Shown: positions 40,701 through 52,566, counted from the stretch's first letter. The stretch is DNA of 64,000 nt from Eledone cirrhosa (GCA_964016885.1 OZ024743.1:120342001-120406000), one strand, 5' to 3'. Notes: generated by a model not told the origin, from the sequence alone. Translations and numbers: made by a program.

Positions 40701-41209
40701 CTGAGCAGGTTGGTGAGACTCTTGCACCCTCCACCCCTATCCGCTAATCCCACACAGTCCCAGCGTGCATCTAAGATCCCGTTCCAGTCGCCCACTAACA
40801 CTAAAGAGCGGGACGTTCCAAGAAAGGTCTCCAGACGCCGGAAGAAATCAGGCCGCCCTGCTCCTGTCGGGGCATAGACGGCCACTAGCCTGAAAGCTTG
40901 CCCGTCTCCGCTGGTCACGTCCAGCACCACCAGCTTACCCTCTGGGTCCAGGAAGATGGCCCGTATGGCGAGATCCAAACCTCTCCGAAAAAGCACAGCA
41001 ACTCCTCCACCCGATCCAGGACGGCTGGGAGATGCGTACACATCGTAGCCGCCGAAGATCGGTGCGAAAGCCTGTGCTTCGGAGATTCTGGTCTCGCTGA
41101 TGGCCACTACATCTATGTTTAGTGACCTGAGGTCGTTGAGCAGGTGACCCTGCTTCCATGACGACCCCAAGCCACGCGCATTTATGCTGCCTATTCTGAG
41201 TGAGGTCAT
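37790..41209 (-). CDS. Tx1-like ORF2: APE endonuclease, reverse transcriptase and C-terminal CCHC (1139 aa)
   Basis: INARGL, ISETR, VYAP, GDWN, SYLDRVF, TDHK; KSPGLDG, FRPITLLN, DQSKAFDRV, QGCPLS, YADD; CPRC..ETVLHALVQC. Confidence 0.95.
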   Translation of the reverse strand: MTSLRIGSINARGLGSSWKQGHLLNDLRSLNIDVVAISETRISEAQAFAPIFGGYDVYASPSRPGSGGGVAVLFRRGLDLAIRAIFLDPEGKLVVLDVTSGDGQAFRLVAVYAPTGAGRPDFFRRLETFLGTSRSLVLVGDWNGILDARWDCVGLADRGGGCKSLTNLLRRFELSDRYRLDFPNVPMWTWTNRIGSSRSYLDRVFCREIDRSSIGCPQFKIVSYTDHKFVICVLDLDRLHRRGPGYWKQNASLPARKAYRDRISELVKRALTGAIVNNKWWFALKRAIRIESIRFSKALAIEKNRAEGELVRKLDEALSKGIATDVLAAKLALDQFFNAKHEGCVVRARVRALRHEGTKAVQWARVAEARRGNKATIRSLVDHDGRMLLDPGQMCEAFQRHFAQLFGGSGGPGRGMDFSVYLDGLPRLSATEAKCCEKPITAAEVREAMTGCTRGKSPGLDGLPYELYVQMPDLFGGLLADVYCNWQQNGRIPSSVSRGAVALLRKDPNKGDNIDNFRPITLLNTEFKILAKVLAKRLALVVGGLVGEAQTCAIPDRSIHDNLHLMRYIVERVAREPGTGGSLINLDQSKAFDRVDHRYLAAVLRAAGFGPVFRGWIAAMHSDICSVVRVNGHLSEPFNIMRSVRQGCPLSSLLYVLTLEPLLHKLETLRGVPRELGCGRSVSAYADDVTVVVSNAKHIEAIGTTLREYEAVTGAMINQEKSVGLQLGTWRGRSMPSNSVVGRWTDGPVKLLGVWFGPDLQTDKNWDEVTSRVASLTQKWAERKLSLKGRAEVANAYIASVICYRLTVVPCPKPRLTALERLLFRFLWKGRAPMVRRSICCQHPLRGGLGMPWLMMRRHALRLRHLHLFLDGDQVWSPFARRVFPQLVSLTELQSWVKRRPRGSAWRLECLQALTALDQSGNVIGGNSTSAFYRGLVEGKSDDVLGETLGVDENQLANLFGRTFGPGPMDNFQKSLAWQCYRGALPVRDKLYRHGGAVSRACPRCAQGDETVLHALVQCPKIADLWVYVEHLLSRLGRIQLSSESIVRIAPPSSFSREGQAVFICLVAMAKEIVWWTRLKGLKTSTYLFGDALIDFFKFHLKRKIRVEKEVLSSQHFVERWVREARMARVNGPTLSIYL

Positions 41210-41243
41210 GTTTAAATAGAGTGGAAAAGATGGGAAAGACCAC

Positions 41244-43337
41244 TTACCGTACTTTTGGTAGAGGAGGGATGGTTTTTACATCCCTTTTCACTTGATCGTC
41301 TGGTGAAGGGACCGTTGAATCGTCCCTTCGGCTGGTCGTCGGCTCTTCTAAGAGAATGTCTGAATATACTCTTCGATTGATGGTTCCTCCTAGGTCCCTG
41401 AAATCACCAACTGCGTTGGGGAATTTCGTTTTAATGTTTGTGTATTGTTTCTGTGCTATTTTTAGCAGTCTTATGTTAGTTGGCGTTTTGATTGGTGCTG
41501 GTATTATGTAGTCCTGTTGTGAAATGTCTGTGTGTTCAATTATGTAAGTCATTAGTTTCTTGTTGTGTGTGTTTATTGCCGTGCATTTGTTTTTCTGGGG
41601 GTGGGGTGTGGTTCTGCTATTTTCTTGTCGTTGTTGCTGGGTGTGTGTGTTTTGTTGTTGTGTTTGCGATGTTGGTGCTTGTGGTGGTGGTGTTGAAGGT
41701 GTTGTTGGCGGTGGGGTTGTCGCCGGTGGTGATGGTGGTGCTGGTGTGGGTGGTGATGGTGTTGGTGGTGTTGCTGCTATGGGTCTCTTTGCAGTAGACT
41801 TTACCCTTTTCTCATTTCTTTCCTCCCTTTTCAAAGGCGACGATGCGCTGCTTCTGCGTTTGTGCCTTCTTGCGATCTTTTGCCATCCCTCTCCCACCTC
41901 ACACTCCATGTCTGATTCTGTAAGGTCGGGGAGGGGTACCAGCTCCACTCTTTCACTTGTTGTTGTTGGTGATGTTTGCACTGGAGTCTCTGTTGCAGCT
42001 GCATTTGGTATTGCTGTTGTTGTTGTTAATATTTCCACTGCTGCTGGTGTCTTTGATTTCCGTGGAGTGGGTATGGGTGCCACGGACCTATCGTTCCTGG
42101 TTGCCGCTTGTCCTGTTGCTGGTAGCCGTGGAGCCGGATTCGGAAGGAGGGGGGTTTTCTCCTTTCTCAGGGTCTTCTCGTTGCAGAAGGCCCTGAGGTG
42201 AGTCTTCGATCCACAGCGAAAGCATTTCGGGCGTTTGCCCTCAACACTTATGGGCAGTTGAGTGCCGTTATCGAAGTCTATCACATCCGGGATAGCTTCG
42301 ATGCACTCCTGGTTGGTTTGGATTAGCATCTCAATGGAGGAGCCGACCCAATCTTCTCTTACTTTTTTCTGTACTTGCAGTACAGTTGTTTTGTCCTCGA
42401 TTCCGACGAGGACAGACGCGGCCAGCCAAGAAGGGGTCATTCCGGGGGGGACGTGGGTCAGTTTGACCCTCACAATTTTTTGCCCGCAGTAGGAGGGCAC
42501 CAACACCATTTCCTCGCTCCTTAGGGTCACTACTGATTGGGCCTTTGCCTCCTGGGGTGTGGCAAAAAGTACGTCTACGGTGGCGTATTTTTTGCCTCGG
42601 GTGATGTGCGTTTTCCTCTGCCACACAGACCCCAAGGCTTTTTGTATTTGGGCCTCTGTGGCTCTTTCCACCCTACGGGATTTTGTACTTACTGTACGGT
42701 ACGTGACCGTACAGTGCTCTTGGGTTTCGAAAAAATTTTTCGCTGCCTTGCAGATTGCTCGGTGTCCGTTCTTTGTCACCATCTTCTTCGCTTCCTCTAA
42801 TTCCTCATTTGTTATGAGGATTGTTTCCAAGTTTTTCGCAATACCTGCAAATGAGATTGGTTTTTCTCTGCTGTTGTTGTTGTCGTCAGAGCTGCTGGTA
42901 CTTTTGTTGCTGCAGGTACTACGACTACTGCCTCCGCCGCTGTTGCTGTGGTTGTTGTTGGTGTTGCTGCTGCTAATGCTGTTGTTGTTTATGCTGCTGG
43001 TGATGCTGTTGCGGCTGCTACTGTTGTTTTCATTGTCACTGTTGCTGTTGTTATTACGGCTGCTACTGCTATTATTCCTGACGTCAGACGAATGAACTGG
43101 GTTTTCGTATTTCCCGCACACCTGTTTCGTCGCTGTCGTCGTCGTCGTGGAGAAACCTTGCACGCTTTGCACGAGACTTTTCTTTTCTTTCGTCGCTTGC
43201 GAAAGAGAAGGGAGGGAGAGAGACACATTTAAAGAAGGGAGGGAGAGAGACAATCTTCTCTCTGCTGTAGTGATGATTGAGGAAGAAGAAGACGGAATGA
43301 GTGGGAGTGACGTATGAAATTTCTTTTTGGTAGCCAT
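41244..43337 (-). CDS. Tx1-like ORF1 with gag-type zinc knuckle (type A)
   Basis: Open frame from MATKKK (ATG at 43337). Contains CFRCGSKTHLRAFC and Ser/Asn- and Pro/Thr-rich low-complexity flanks. Confidence 0.85.
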   Translation of the reverse strand: MATKKKFHTSLPLIPSSSSSIITTAERRLSLSLPSLNVSLSLPSLSQATKEKKSLVQSVQGFSTTTTTATKQVCGKYENPVHSSDVRNNSSSSRNNNSNSDNENNSSSRNSITSSINNNSISSSNTNNNHSNSGGGSSRSTCSNKSTSSSDDNNNSREKPISFAGIAKNLETILITNEELEEAKKMVTKNGHRAICKAAKNFFETQEHCTVTYRTVSTKSRRVERATEAQIQKALGSVWQRKTHITRGKKYATVDVLFATPQEAKAQSVVTLRSEEMVLVPSYCGQKIVRVKLTHVPPGMTPSWLAASVLVGIEDKTTVLQVQKKVREDWVGSSIEMLIQTNQECIEAIPDVIDFDNGTQLPISVEGKRPKCFRCGSKTHLRAFCNEKTLRKEKTPLLPNPAPRLPATGQAATRNDRSVAPIPTPRKSKTPAAVEILTTTTAIPNAAATETPVQTSPTTTSERVELVPLPDLTESDMECEVGEGWQKIARRHKRRSSASSPLKREERNEKRVKSTAKRPIAATPPTPSPPTPAPPSPPATTPPPTTPSTPPPQAPTSQTQQQNTHTQQQRQENSRTTPHPQKNKCTAINTHNKKLMTYIIEHTDISQQDYIIPAPIKTPTNIRLLKIAQKQYTNIKTKFPNAVGDFRDLGGTINRRVYSDILLEEPTTSRRDDSTVPSPDDQVKRDVKTIPPLPKVR

Positions 43338-43550
43338 GTTTTTTTGTTTAAAATGAAATTTTGGGTACAAAACCCCAATAACTGGTTATTTAACCCCGAA
43401 GGGCCAAATAACGGACAGAAAGACCCCTCTCACGAGGAGGAGGGTGTCTTTATCAACAATTTGGTTCAAGTTTTAAACAATTTACAATTGTTTTAACGGT
43501 TAAAAATTACTATACCTTACAGAGCCGAGCCTCCGTCAACCATGGCATTC

Positions 43551-43582
<32 letters not shown>

Positions 43583-43584
<2 letters not shown>

Positions 43585-46500
43585 TTGTTTTCTTAACCAC
43601 AAGGGTTCACATAAAGTAGACATTAAGGACAGTACAGGACAATACAGGACGGTACAAATGGGCATTTCTGCGTGTAAAAAAACAGAGGTTGAAATAAAAT
43701 AACAAAGAAAAATTCCCCAATAGGGGGGAGACTTCCAAGGGACATTTGTGGAGAAAGCCCATTAAAAGACCACAGTGGCCCAGACCACCAGGGCAAGTGC
43801 CCTCTCCCAGTTTTCCACCTTTAATTTACAGACACATACTCAGAGAAGGCCCATTCATTCGGGCCATACTTGCTTCTCTCACCCATCTTTCAACAAAATG
43901 CTGGGAAGAGAGCACTTCCCTCTCTACCCTGATTTTCCTTTTCAAATGAAATTTGAAAAAGTTAATCAGGGCATCACCGAAGAGGTAAGTGCTCGTCTTC
44001 AGCCCTTTCAAACGTGTCCACCATACTATCTCTTTCGCCATGGCCACCATACAGATAAAAACTGCCTGCCCTTCCAGGCAGGGGGTGGGGCAATCCTCAC
44101 TATGGACTCAGCTGATAGCTGGATAGGTCCTACACGTGACAGCAGGTGTTCGACATAAACCCACAAGTCAGCAATGCTCGGACACTGGACGAGTGCGTGC
44201 AGGACGGTTTCGTCGCCCTGCGCGCATCTCGGACATGCCCGGCTGACGGCACCTCCATGCCTGTAGAGTTTATCCCGAACTGGCAAAGCTCCTCGGTAGC
44301 ACTGCCAGGCCAGGGATTTCTGGAAGTTGTCCATAGGCCCCGGCCCGAAAGTCCTTCCGAAGAGATTGGCTAGTTCATTTTCGTCGACGCCTAGAGTTTC
44401 TCCAAGTACGTCGTCGCTCTTCCCCTCCACTAATCCCCTATAGAACGCCAAGGTGGAGTTTCCACCGATCACATTGCCCGATTGGTCGAGGGCTGTGAGC
44501 GCCTGAAGACATTCCAGTCTCCAAGCGCTCCCTCTCGGTCTTCGCTTGACCCAGGACTGCAGCTCAGTCAAGGAGACGAGCTGGGGAAAAACGTGTCTTG
44601 CAAACGGCGACCACACCTGATCACCGTCGAGGAAGAGGTGGAGATGTCGTAGCCTGAGCGCGTGTCAGCGCATCATCAGCCACGGCATGCCCAGCCCTCC
44701 ACGTAGCGGGTGTTGACAGCAGATGGACCGCCTGACCATCGGAGCGCGTCCCTTCCACAAGAAGCGAAAGAGCAAACGCTCCAGCGCAGTCAGGCGGGGC
44801 TTAGGACAAGGTACGACGGATGCGATGCGATGAACGGATTCGCCACCTCCGCTCGACCTTTCAGGGATAGCTTCCTCTCCGCCCATTTCTGGGTGAGAGA
44901 AGCCACCCTGCTCGTCACCTCGTCCCAGTTTTTGTCCGTCTGGAGGTCTGGACCGAACCAGACCCCTAGCAATTTAACCGGTCCGTCCGTCCAGCGCCCG
45001 ACGACGCTGTTGGACGGCATGGACCTGCCTCTCCAGGTGCCGAGCTGCAGGCCCACTGACTTTTCCTGATTGATCATTGCTCCTGTCACCGCTTCGTATT
45101 CTCTTAGTGTAGTGCCGATCGCCTCGATGTGTTTGGCGTTCGACACCACTACGGTGACATCGTCGGCATATGCTGACACGGATCTTCCGCATCCTAGTTC
45201 GCGCGGGACCCCCCTCAACATCTCCAGTTTGTGCAGTAATGGCTCGAGAGTCAATACGTACAATAGGGACGAGAGGGGACATCCTTGGCGGACCGAGCGC
45301 ATGATGTTGAACGGTTCCGAAAGGTGACCGTTCACTCTCACTACAGAGCAGATGTCGCTGTGCATGGCAGCGATCCAGCCTCTGAAGACGGGCCCAAAGC
45401 CAGCCGCCCTCAGGACTGCCGTTAGGTAACGATGGTCGACCCTATCGAAGGCTTTCGACTGATCTAAATTGATCAAAGACCCACCCGTGCCAGGTTCCCT
45501 AGCTACCCTCTCTACGATGTATCGCATGAGGTGGAGGTTGTCGTGGATGGATCTGTCGGGAATGGCGCATGTCTGCGCCTCTCCCACCAGACCACCAACG
45601 ACAAGCGCCAACCTCTTTGCTAGCACCTTGGCCAAAATCTTGAACTCTGTGTTTAGCAGAGTTATGGGCCTAAAATTATCTATGTTATCCCCCTTGTTCG
45701 GATCCTTTCTCAGCAGCGCCACCGCTCCTCGGCTCACAGAGCTGGGAATTCTCCCGTTCTGTTGCCAGTTGCAGTAGACGTCCGCCAAGAGGCCTCCGAA
45801 CAAGTTTGGCATTTGTACGTAAAGTTCATAGGGCAGACCATCCAAACCAGGCGATTTACCCCTTGTGCAACTAGTCATTGCATCCCGTACTTCAGCGGTT
45901 GTTATCGGCTTTTCGCAACACTTCGCCTCAGTGGCCGAAAGCCGCGGCAGTCCGTCGAGGTAGACACTAAAGTCCATCCCTCGATCCGGCCCGCCACTGC
46001 CCCCGAACAGTTGAGCGAAGTGTCGCTGAAAAGCTTCACACATTTGCCCGGGATCGAGTAGCATGCGCCCGTCGTGGTCCACCAAAGACCGGTTCTGGCT
46101 TTGTTGCCACGACGCGTCTCCGCCACTCGGGCCCATTGAACGGCTTTCGTCCCCTCGTGTCTGAGAGCACGCACCCTAGCTCTGACAACGCAGCCTTCGT
46201 GCTTTGCATTGAAGAATTGGTCAAGGGCCAATTTCGCCGCAAGTACGTCGGTCGCGATACCTTTGCTAAGCGCCTCATCTAATTTTCTAACTAATTCTCC
46301 CTCTGCTCTATTTTTCTCTATTGCTAAAGTCTTACTAAACCTGATGGACTCTATTCTAATTGCTCTTTTCAGAGCAAACCACCACTTGTTGTTGACGATG
46401 GCCCCCGTCAACGCCCGCTTAACTAGCTCGCTAATCCGGTCTCTGTAGGCCTTGCGCGCTGGTAAGGACGCGTTTAGCTTCCAGTAGCCGGGTCCTTGTC

Positions 46501-49432
46501 TATGAAGCCTATCTAAGTCAAGCACACAGATCACGAATTTGTGGTCCGTGTAGCTGACTATCTTGAATTGTGGACAGCCTATGCTAGACCTATCTATTTC
46601 CCTACAAAATACTCTATCTAGATATGATCTGGATGACCCTATGCGATTTGTCCGAGTCCACATTGGTACATTCGGGAAATCCATTCGGTACCTGTCAGAC
46701 AGTTCAAAACGTCTGAGCAGGTTGGTGAGACTCTTGCACCCTCCTTCCCTATCCACTAATCCCACACAATCCCAGCGTGCATCTAAGATCCCGTTCCAGT
46801 CGCCCACTAACACTAAAGAGCGGGAGTTCCAAGAAAGGTCTCCAGACGCCGGAAGAAATCAGGCCGCCCTGCTCCTGTCGGGGCATAGACGGCCACTAAT
46901 CTGAAAGCTTGCCCGTCTCCGCTGGTCACGTCCAGCACCACCAACTTACCTTCTGGGTCCAGGAAGATGGCCCGTATGGCAAGATCCAAACCTCTCCGAA
47001 AAAGCACAGCAACTCCTCCCCCGATCCCGGACGGCTGGGAGATGCGTACACATCGTAGCCGCCGAAGATCGGTGCGAAAGCCTGTGCTTCGGAGATTCTG
47101 GTCTCGCTGATGGCCACTACATCTATGTTTAGTGACCTGAGGTCGTTGAGCAGGTGGCCCTGCTTCCATGACGACCCCAAGCCACGCGCATTTATGCTGC
47201 CTATTCTGAGTGAGGTCATGTTGAAAAGGAGTGGAAAAGATGGGAAAGACCACTTACCTTACTTCTCGTAGGGGAAGGACGGCTTTTCCATCCTTTTCAC
47301 TGCTTGTGGCCTCCTCAGGAAGGATGTCCTTATAAATCCTCCTGGAGAGTGCTTGTCGGAAGTCTCCGATGTCTTTGGGGAATTTTTGTTTTAGTGTCAT
47401 ATACGTTTTCTGTGTGATGCGAGTGATTTGTATGTGTGGAGGTGGTGTGAATTTTGGGGTTGTTGTGTAGTCTTTTTCTGTGATGCTGGTGTTGTGTTGG
47501 ATGTAGTGTAATAATTGCTTGTTGTTCAAATTTAATGCTGTGTAGTGTGTATCGTTTTGGTTGTTTTGTTTTGTTTGCGTTTGTTGTGGGTTTGTTTCTG
47601 TTTCGTATTTTGGTGACTTTTGTGGTGTAGGTGATGGTGGTGCTGGGGATAATGATGGTGATGGTGTTGGTGTTTGGGTTGATGGGGTTGGTGATGCTGG
47701 TGTGGATGGTGGCATATCTGTCCTAACTTTTTTGTTTCTTAGTTTATTTGTTTCCCTCTGTATTTTGTTTTTGGAGGGGGAAGGAAGAGAATTTTTTCTT
47801 TTTTGGTTTCTTTTTTTTTTTCCGGATATCGTTTCCCACTCCTCGTCGTCACAATCTGTCTCCAGTTGTGATAGGCCGGGGAGTGGAAAATCCTCCACAG
47901 CCGTTAGTTTTGGTTGTGGTGTGGTGGATGGTGTAGGCGCTGGTGCTAGTTCTGAAGCGTTGGGTGGTGGTGGTGTTGGTTTTGCTGGTGGTGGTAGTGG
48001 TGTTGGTTTTGCTACTGTTGCTGGGGTTGTTGCTGTTATAGTTGCTTCTGTTGTTGCTGGCATCTCTGCTACTGGTAGTGTTGATGGTTGTGTCACTGGG
48101 GTGGGTAGGAGAGGTGGCCTCAACCTTTTAGCCTGAGGGCAGAAAGCCCTTAGGTGGGTTCCTTCACCACAAACGACACACCTAGGTCTTCTGCCCTCGA
48201 CAATTACCGTGAGGTGGCTGCCGTCAGTGAGGTCTATTACCTCTGGGATCTCCTCAATGCTTTTTTGGTTCGCTTGGATCAGGAGCTCCATCCCAGATCC
48301 GGACCAGTTTTCCTGCTTTTCTTTTGCTATTGTTATTATTTTCGTGTTGGCCTCGATGCCGGCGATGACAGCCGCTATTAGCCAGGGAATTTCGATGGCC
48401 GGTGGAACGTGGGTCACCCTGATCTTTACGAGTCTCTGGCCACAATAGCTTGGGACGAGTGTGAAGTCGTCACTTTTTAATGGGGCCATGGAGTGTTCTC
48501 TAGCCTCCTCTGGTGTTTCAAAGAACACATCCACGGTTCCATACTTTTGCCCACGTCTGATGTGGGTTTTTCTTGCCCACACATGTCCCAAAGCTTTTTG
48601 GATTTGGGACTCGGATGCCCGTTCCACTCAGCGCGATTTTACATTTATTGTTCTATACGACACGGTGCACAGGCGCCGATGCTCCATTTTATTAGGTGGG
48701 GGGTGAGGCTGACCCTGTACCCATCTTTCTTTACGATTTGTTTGGCATTTTCTAAATCTTCTTGAGTTACCGTGAACGCTTCGAATTGTTTTGCTACGAT
48801 GGCGAAACTGAGGGTCGGTTTTATAATGTCATTGTTGTTGTTGTTGCTATCGTTAATATTAATTTTATTTTCAGTTGTGGTGGTGGTGACATCAGTTGTC
48901 TTTGGTGGGGAAGAGTCCATTTTGCTTGATTTCATTTCGACGTCACGAGTTAATTTATTTTTTTCTTCTTTTGTTTCTGTTGTCGCGGTGGTGGTGGTGA
49001 TGGTGGTTGTCGCAGTGGTGGTGGTGGTGGAGGGTTTAACACCTGCAGTCATTGGTAATGGCGGGAAATGAATGTCTGCCTGAGACAAATTTAAAATATT
49101 GCTACTGCTTATATTTTTTTTTGTGTTGGCAAACGTAGTAACATTTACAATGGTGGTGTCGGTGTGAGGTGTTATTTTGTGAGGAAGGCTTTCAGCTGCT
49201 TCGTGCAGAGGTGAAGTAGCCATTTTTTTTCAAAGAAATTTTTTGATAATAATAAAAGTTAAAATTTTGGGCACAAGGCCCCAATCTTTTTAGGTGTCCT
49301 TTTCGGAAAACAATGTATGTGTGCTTATAAACAGTTAACAATAAAATTATCCATAAATGGCAATTTTTAAACAAACGGAAATAACAAACCTTTGCGGAGC
49401 TCACGATAATACGATTTCCTACGTAGGTCGCC
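43583..49432 (-). mobile_element. Full-length Tx1-clade LINE, copy 2 (frameshifted), with a different 5'UTR/ORF1
   Basis: ORF2 pieces from 43826 to 47219 are nearly identical to copy 1. ORF1 is split (48645-49223 and 47254-48627) and has CVVCGEGTHLRAFC. (AAT)n at 43551-43582 and 49433-49491. Confidence 0.93.
47254..49223 (-). pseudogene. Tx1-like ORF1 type B (frameshifted near 48650-48700)
   Basis: Homologous to but divergent from copy-1 ORF1 (QIQKALG, LVPSYCGQ, VEGRRPRC..C....HLRAFC). Confidence 0.85.
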
Positions 49433-49490
<58 letters not shown>

Positions 49491-49491
<1 letters not shown>

Positions 49492-52389
49492 GTGGGAGAC
49501 CTATGAACCTAAGATTTGTAGACAGGAAAAAGTTAAAAGAAACAACAGCTAAGGTAAACAAAGTCATCCCATACCTTGAGGCGAGGAGCCTTCACCAGTG
49601 CAACAATATCCTCAAAGCAACAGCAAATACGGTGAGGAAACTACTTGGTATAAAAGCGAGAGGAAACAACAGACAAGAAAGAGCAGAGCCGTGGTGGAAG
49701 AAACGACTGAGTGGTCAGATCGGGGAAATGAGAAATGACATAGGAAAGCTTGAGTCACTACTGAATGGGACACTAAAAAACATAGGCACTAAAAATAGAC
49801 TGGAAATAAAGTACAAAACTAGGAGGAAAAAGCTAAATATTATCATAGAGGAACTGAAGCAACGCATTGTAGCAAAGAGTGCAAAAATCAGGCGATACGA
49901 GAACAGAGTCAGTCAGTATAAACAGAACCGCATGTTCGACAACAACCAGAAGATGCTGTTTGGACAGCTTGAGGGGAAAGAAAGAGGCAACGACTTGATC
50001 CCTGGGGCGGAGCAAACTAAAACATTCTGGAGAGGAATATGGGAGCAGGATGTTAGACATAATGTCCAGGCAGGGTGGATTGAGACAGTACAGAGGTAGA
50101 TCGGTGAGCAGACACACCAACAAACTGATTTGAGTATCACAGTTGAAACTCTTAAGGGGCAGGCCAAAAAACTAACCAACTGGAAATCACCAGGCTCAGA
50201 TGGTGTGCAGGGGTATTGGATTAAACATTTAACATCCCTCCACCCGAAGCTGACGGTCATGTTCAATGACTGCTTGGTGTCGGGTGAGGTGCCAGAGTGG
50301 TTGACAAAAGGTACCACAGTTCTGATAATGAAAGACCGAATCAAGGGTAATGATGTTACCAACTATAGACCTATCACATGTCTGTCCGTAATGTGGAAAC
50401 TGTTGACGAGCATTGTGTCTGAGGAAATCTACCATCACCTCCACACAAACAACTTGTTACCGGACGAACAGAAAGGATGCCGAAAGAAGTCACGTGGTAC
50501 AAAGGACCAGTTACTTATTGATAAGATGGTAATGGGGAATTGCAGGAGGAGACACACTGATCTTGCCATGGGATGGATAGACTACAGAAAGGCATTTGAC
50601 ATGGTGCCTCATTCTTGGATCACCAAAAGCCTGGAGATCTTCAGGGTGGCAGATAACATCAGACAGTTGCTGGGCAGGAGTATGGGGTCCTGGGAGACAG
50701 AGTTGACATCAACTGGAGTATCCTTGGGAATCGTGAAGATCAAGAGAGGTATCTTCCAGGGAGATAGCCTGTCCCCTCTGTTGTTTGTCCTTGCCCTGAT
50801 GCCCTTGACCATTATGCTGCGAAAAGTGAGAGCAGGATACAAGTTGGGAAAGGGAGAGCTTACCATCAATCACCCCCTCTTCATGGACGATCTTAAGCTC
50901 TTCGGGAAAAGTGAGAAGGAGTTGGATGTGCTTGTTGACACTGTCCGTATTTTCAGCAGTGATATATGTATGCAGTTTGGTATTAGTAAATGTGGAGTCA
51001 TTGTGATGAGGAGGGGTATGTTGAGCAGAAGTAACGGGATCCAGATACCAACAGGTGAGATGATAAAGGAAATTGACTCTGAGGAAGGATACAAGTATTT
51101 GGGCGTTCTGGAGGCTGATGGCATAAAGAACAAAAAAATGAAGGAATTGTTAAGAACTGAATACATTCGGAGAGTAAGGAGCGTATTGAAGTCACATCTG
51201 AACAGCAGAAATGCCATAAGCGCAGTAAATTCCCGAGCTGTGTCTATTATTAGGTATAGTGCGGGAATTCTGAGATGGAATGTTGCTGAACAAAAAGAAA
51301 TGGATAGGAAGACTAGGAAGCTATTGACTATCTACAACATGTTCCACAAGAGGAGTGATGTCGATAGACTCTACCTAAGGAGATCTGAGGGTGGAAGAGG
51401 TCTTATCAGCATAGAGGACTGTGTTCGGATGGAGAAAAACAACCTATACAAATACGTGACCTATAGTAAGGAGCCAATGCTCAGAACTGTACTGAAGGAG
51501 GGGACAGTAGGCCAGGGGATGTCCAAGGAGGAAATAACATCAAGGAGGAAGAGCAGGCTTAAGGGAAAATCCCTTCATAGTACCTTCTTTGAGAAAACTG
51601 AATTTAGAGATCCACAGACATGGAACTGGTTGAGAAGAGGAGACCTCAAAAAGGCTACAGAAGGAATGCTAATGGCTGCGCAGGAGCAGGCCCTCAAAAT
51701 GAAGTGGTTGAAGCACCATATTTACAAGGAGGAGGCTAGCCCACTGTGCAGGATCTGTGGAGAGAGAGGAGACTGTGGCTCACATTGTGTCCGAGTGTAA
51801 ACACCTAGCCCAGACCCACTATAAGGGCTGGAGACACGATGTGATGGGCAGGGTGATCCACTGGCACCTGTGCAAAGTAAACAATTTACCACATTCTGAG
51901 AAATGGTATGAGCATAGGCCAGAGGCGGTGATGGAGAACAATCAGGTGAAGGTGCTGTGGGATTTTAGGATACAGACGGACAAAACTGGAACACAATAGA
52001 CCTGACCTGGTGGTTGTGGACAAAGAAAAAAGATCGTGTCTGATTGTGGATGTGGCCTGCCCTTTCGACACGAGAGTGCAAGAGAAGGAGAGGGAGAAAA
52101 TTAACCGATACCAGGACCTAAAGTGGGAGGTGAAAAGGATTTGGAACTGCCATGAAGTCAAAGTGATCCCGATTGTCATAGGCGCACTGGGGACTATCTC
52201 CAAAAGTTTCCAGGGATGGTTAAAGAAAATCGGCCCCTTCACGCTTTTTGGAACGCTTCAAAAGGCATGCTTGCTTGGAACAGCAAGAACCCTCCGATAC
52301 GTCCTGAATATCTGAGGCTGCAGGTAGTGGCTTGATATTCATTCCAACGGACTTTCCAGTTAACCAACATCAATGACTGAGATTCAAGG
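49491..52389 (+). mobile_element. R4/Dong-clade element, copy B (5'-truncated)
   Basis: Starts at (AAT)n-AGTGGGAGACCTATG and is nearly identical to copy C. Stop at about 50097 and frameshifts near 51765 and 51985. AAC/AAT tail at 52390-52424. Confidence 0.93.
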
Positions 52390-52422
52390 AATAACAACAA
52401 TAATAATAATAATAATAATAAT

Positions 52423-52566
52423 AATTGTTTCTACTTTTTGGCACAAGGCCAGCAATTATCCCAGTGTATCACTGGTACTTTATTTTATCGACCCCGTAAG
52501 GATGAAAGGCCAAGTTAACCTCGGCGGGATTTGAACTCAGTCCATAAAGGGACGTAACTGTGCTGG
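52423..52566 (-). mobile_element. 5'-truncated SINE in the (AAT)n tail of Dong copy B, fused to a Tx1 3'UTR
   Basis: aattgtttctactttttggcacaagg...gatttgaactcag, followed directly by the Tx1 3'UTR sequence aatagggggg. Confidence 0.9.

Larger units (their letters stand above)
37528..43550 (-). mobile_element. Full-length Tx1-clade (L1 group) LINE, copy 1, both ORFs open
   Basis: ORF1 and ORF2, a 5'UTR of about 210 nt and a 3'UTR of about 260 nt with AATAAA. (AAT)n on both sides. Confidence 0.93.

Noticed and set aside
38117-49071. Plus-strand ORFs overlapping the Tx1 copies (e.g. 41560-42201, 47561-48136)
   Set aside because: Antisense shadows of GC-rich or low-complexity coding sequence, with no recognisable domains.
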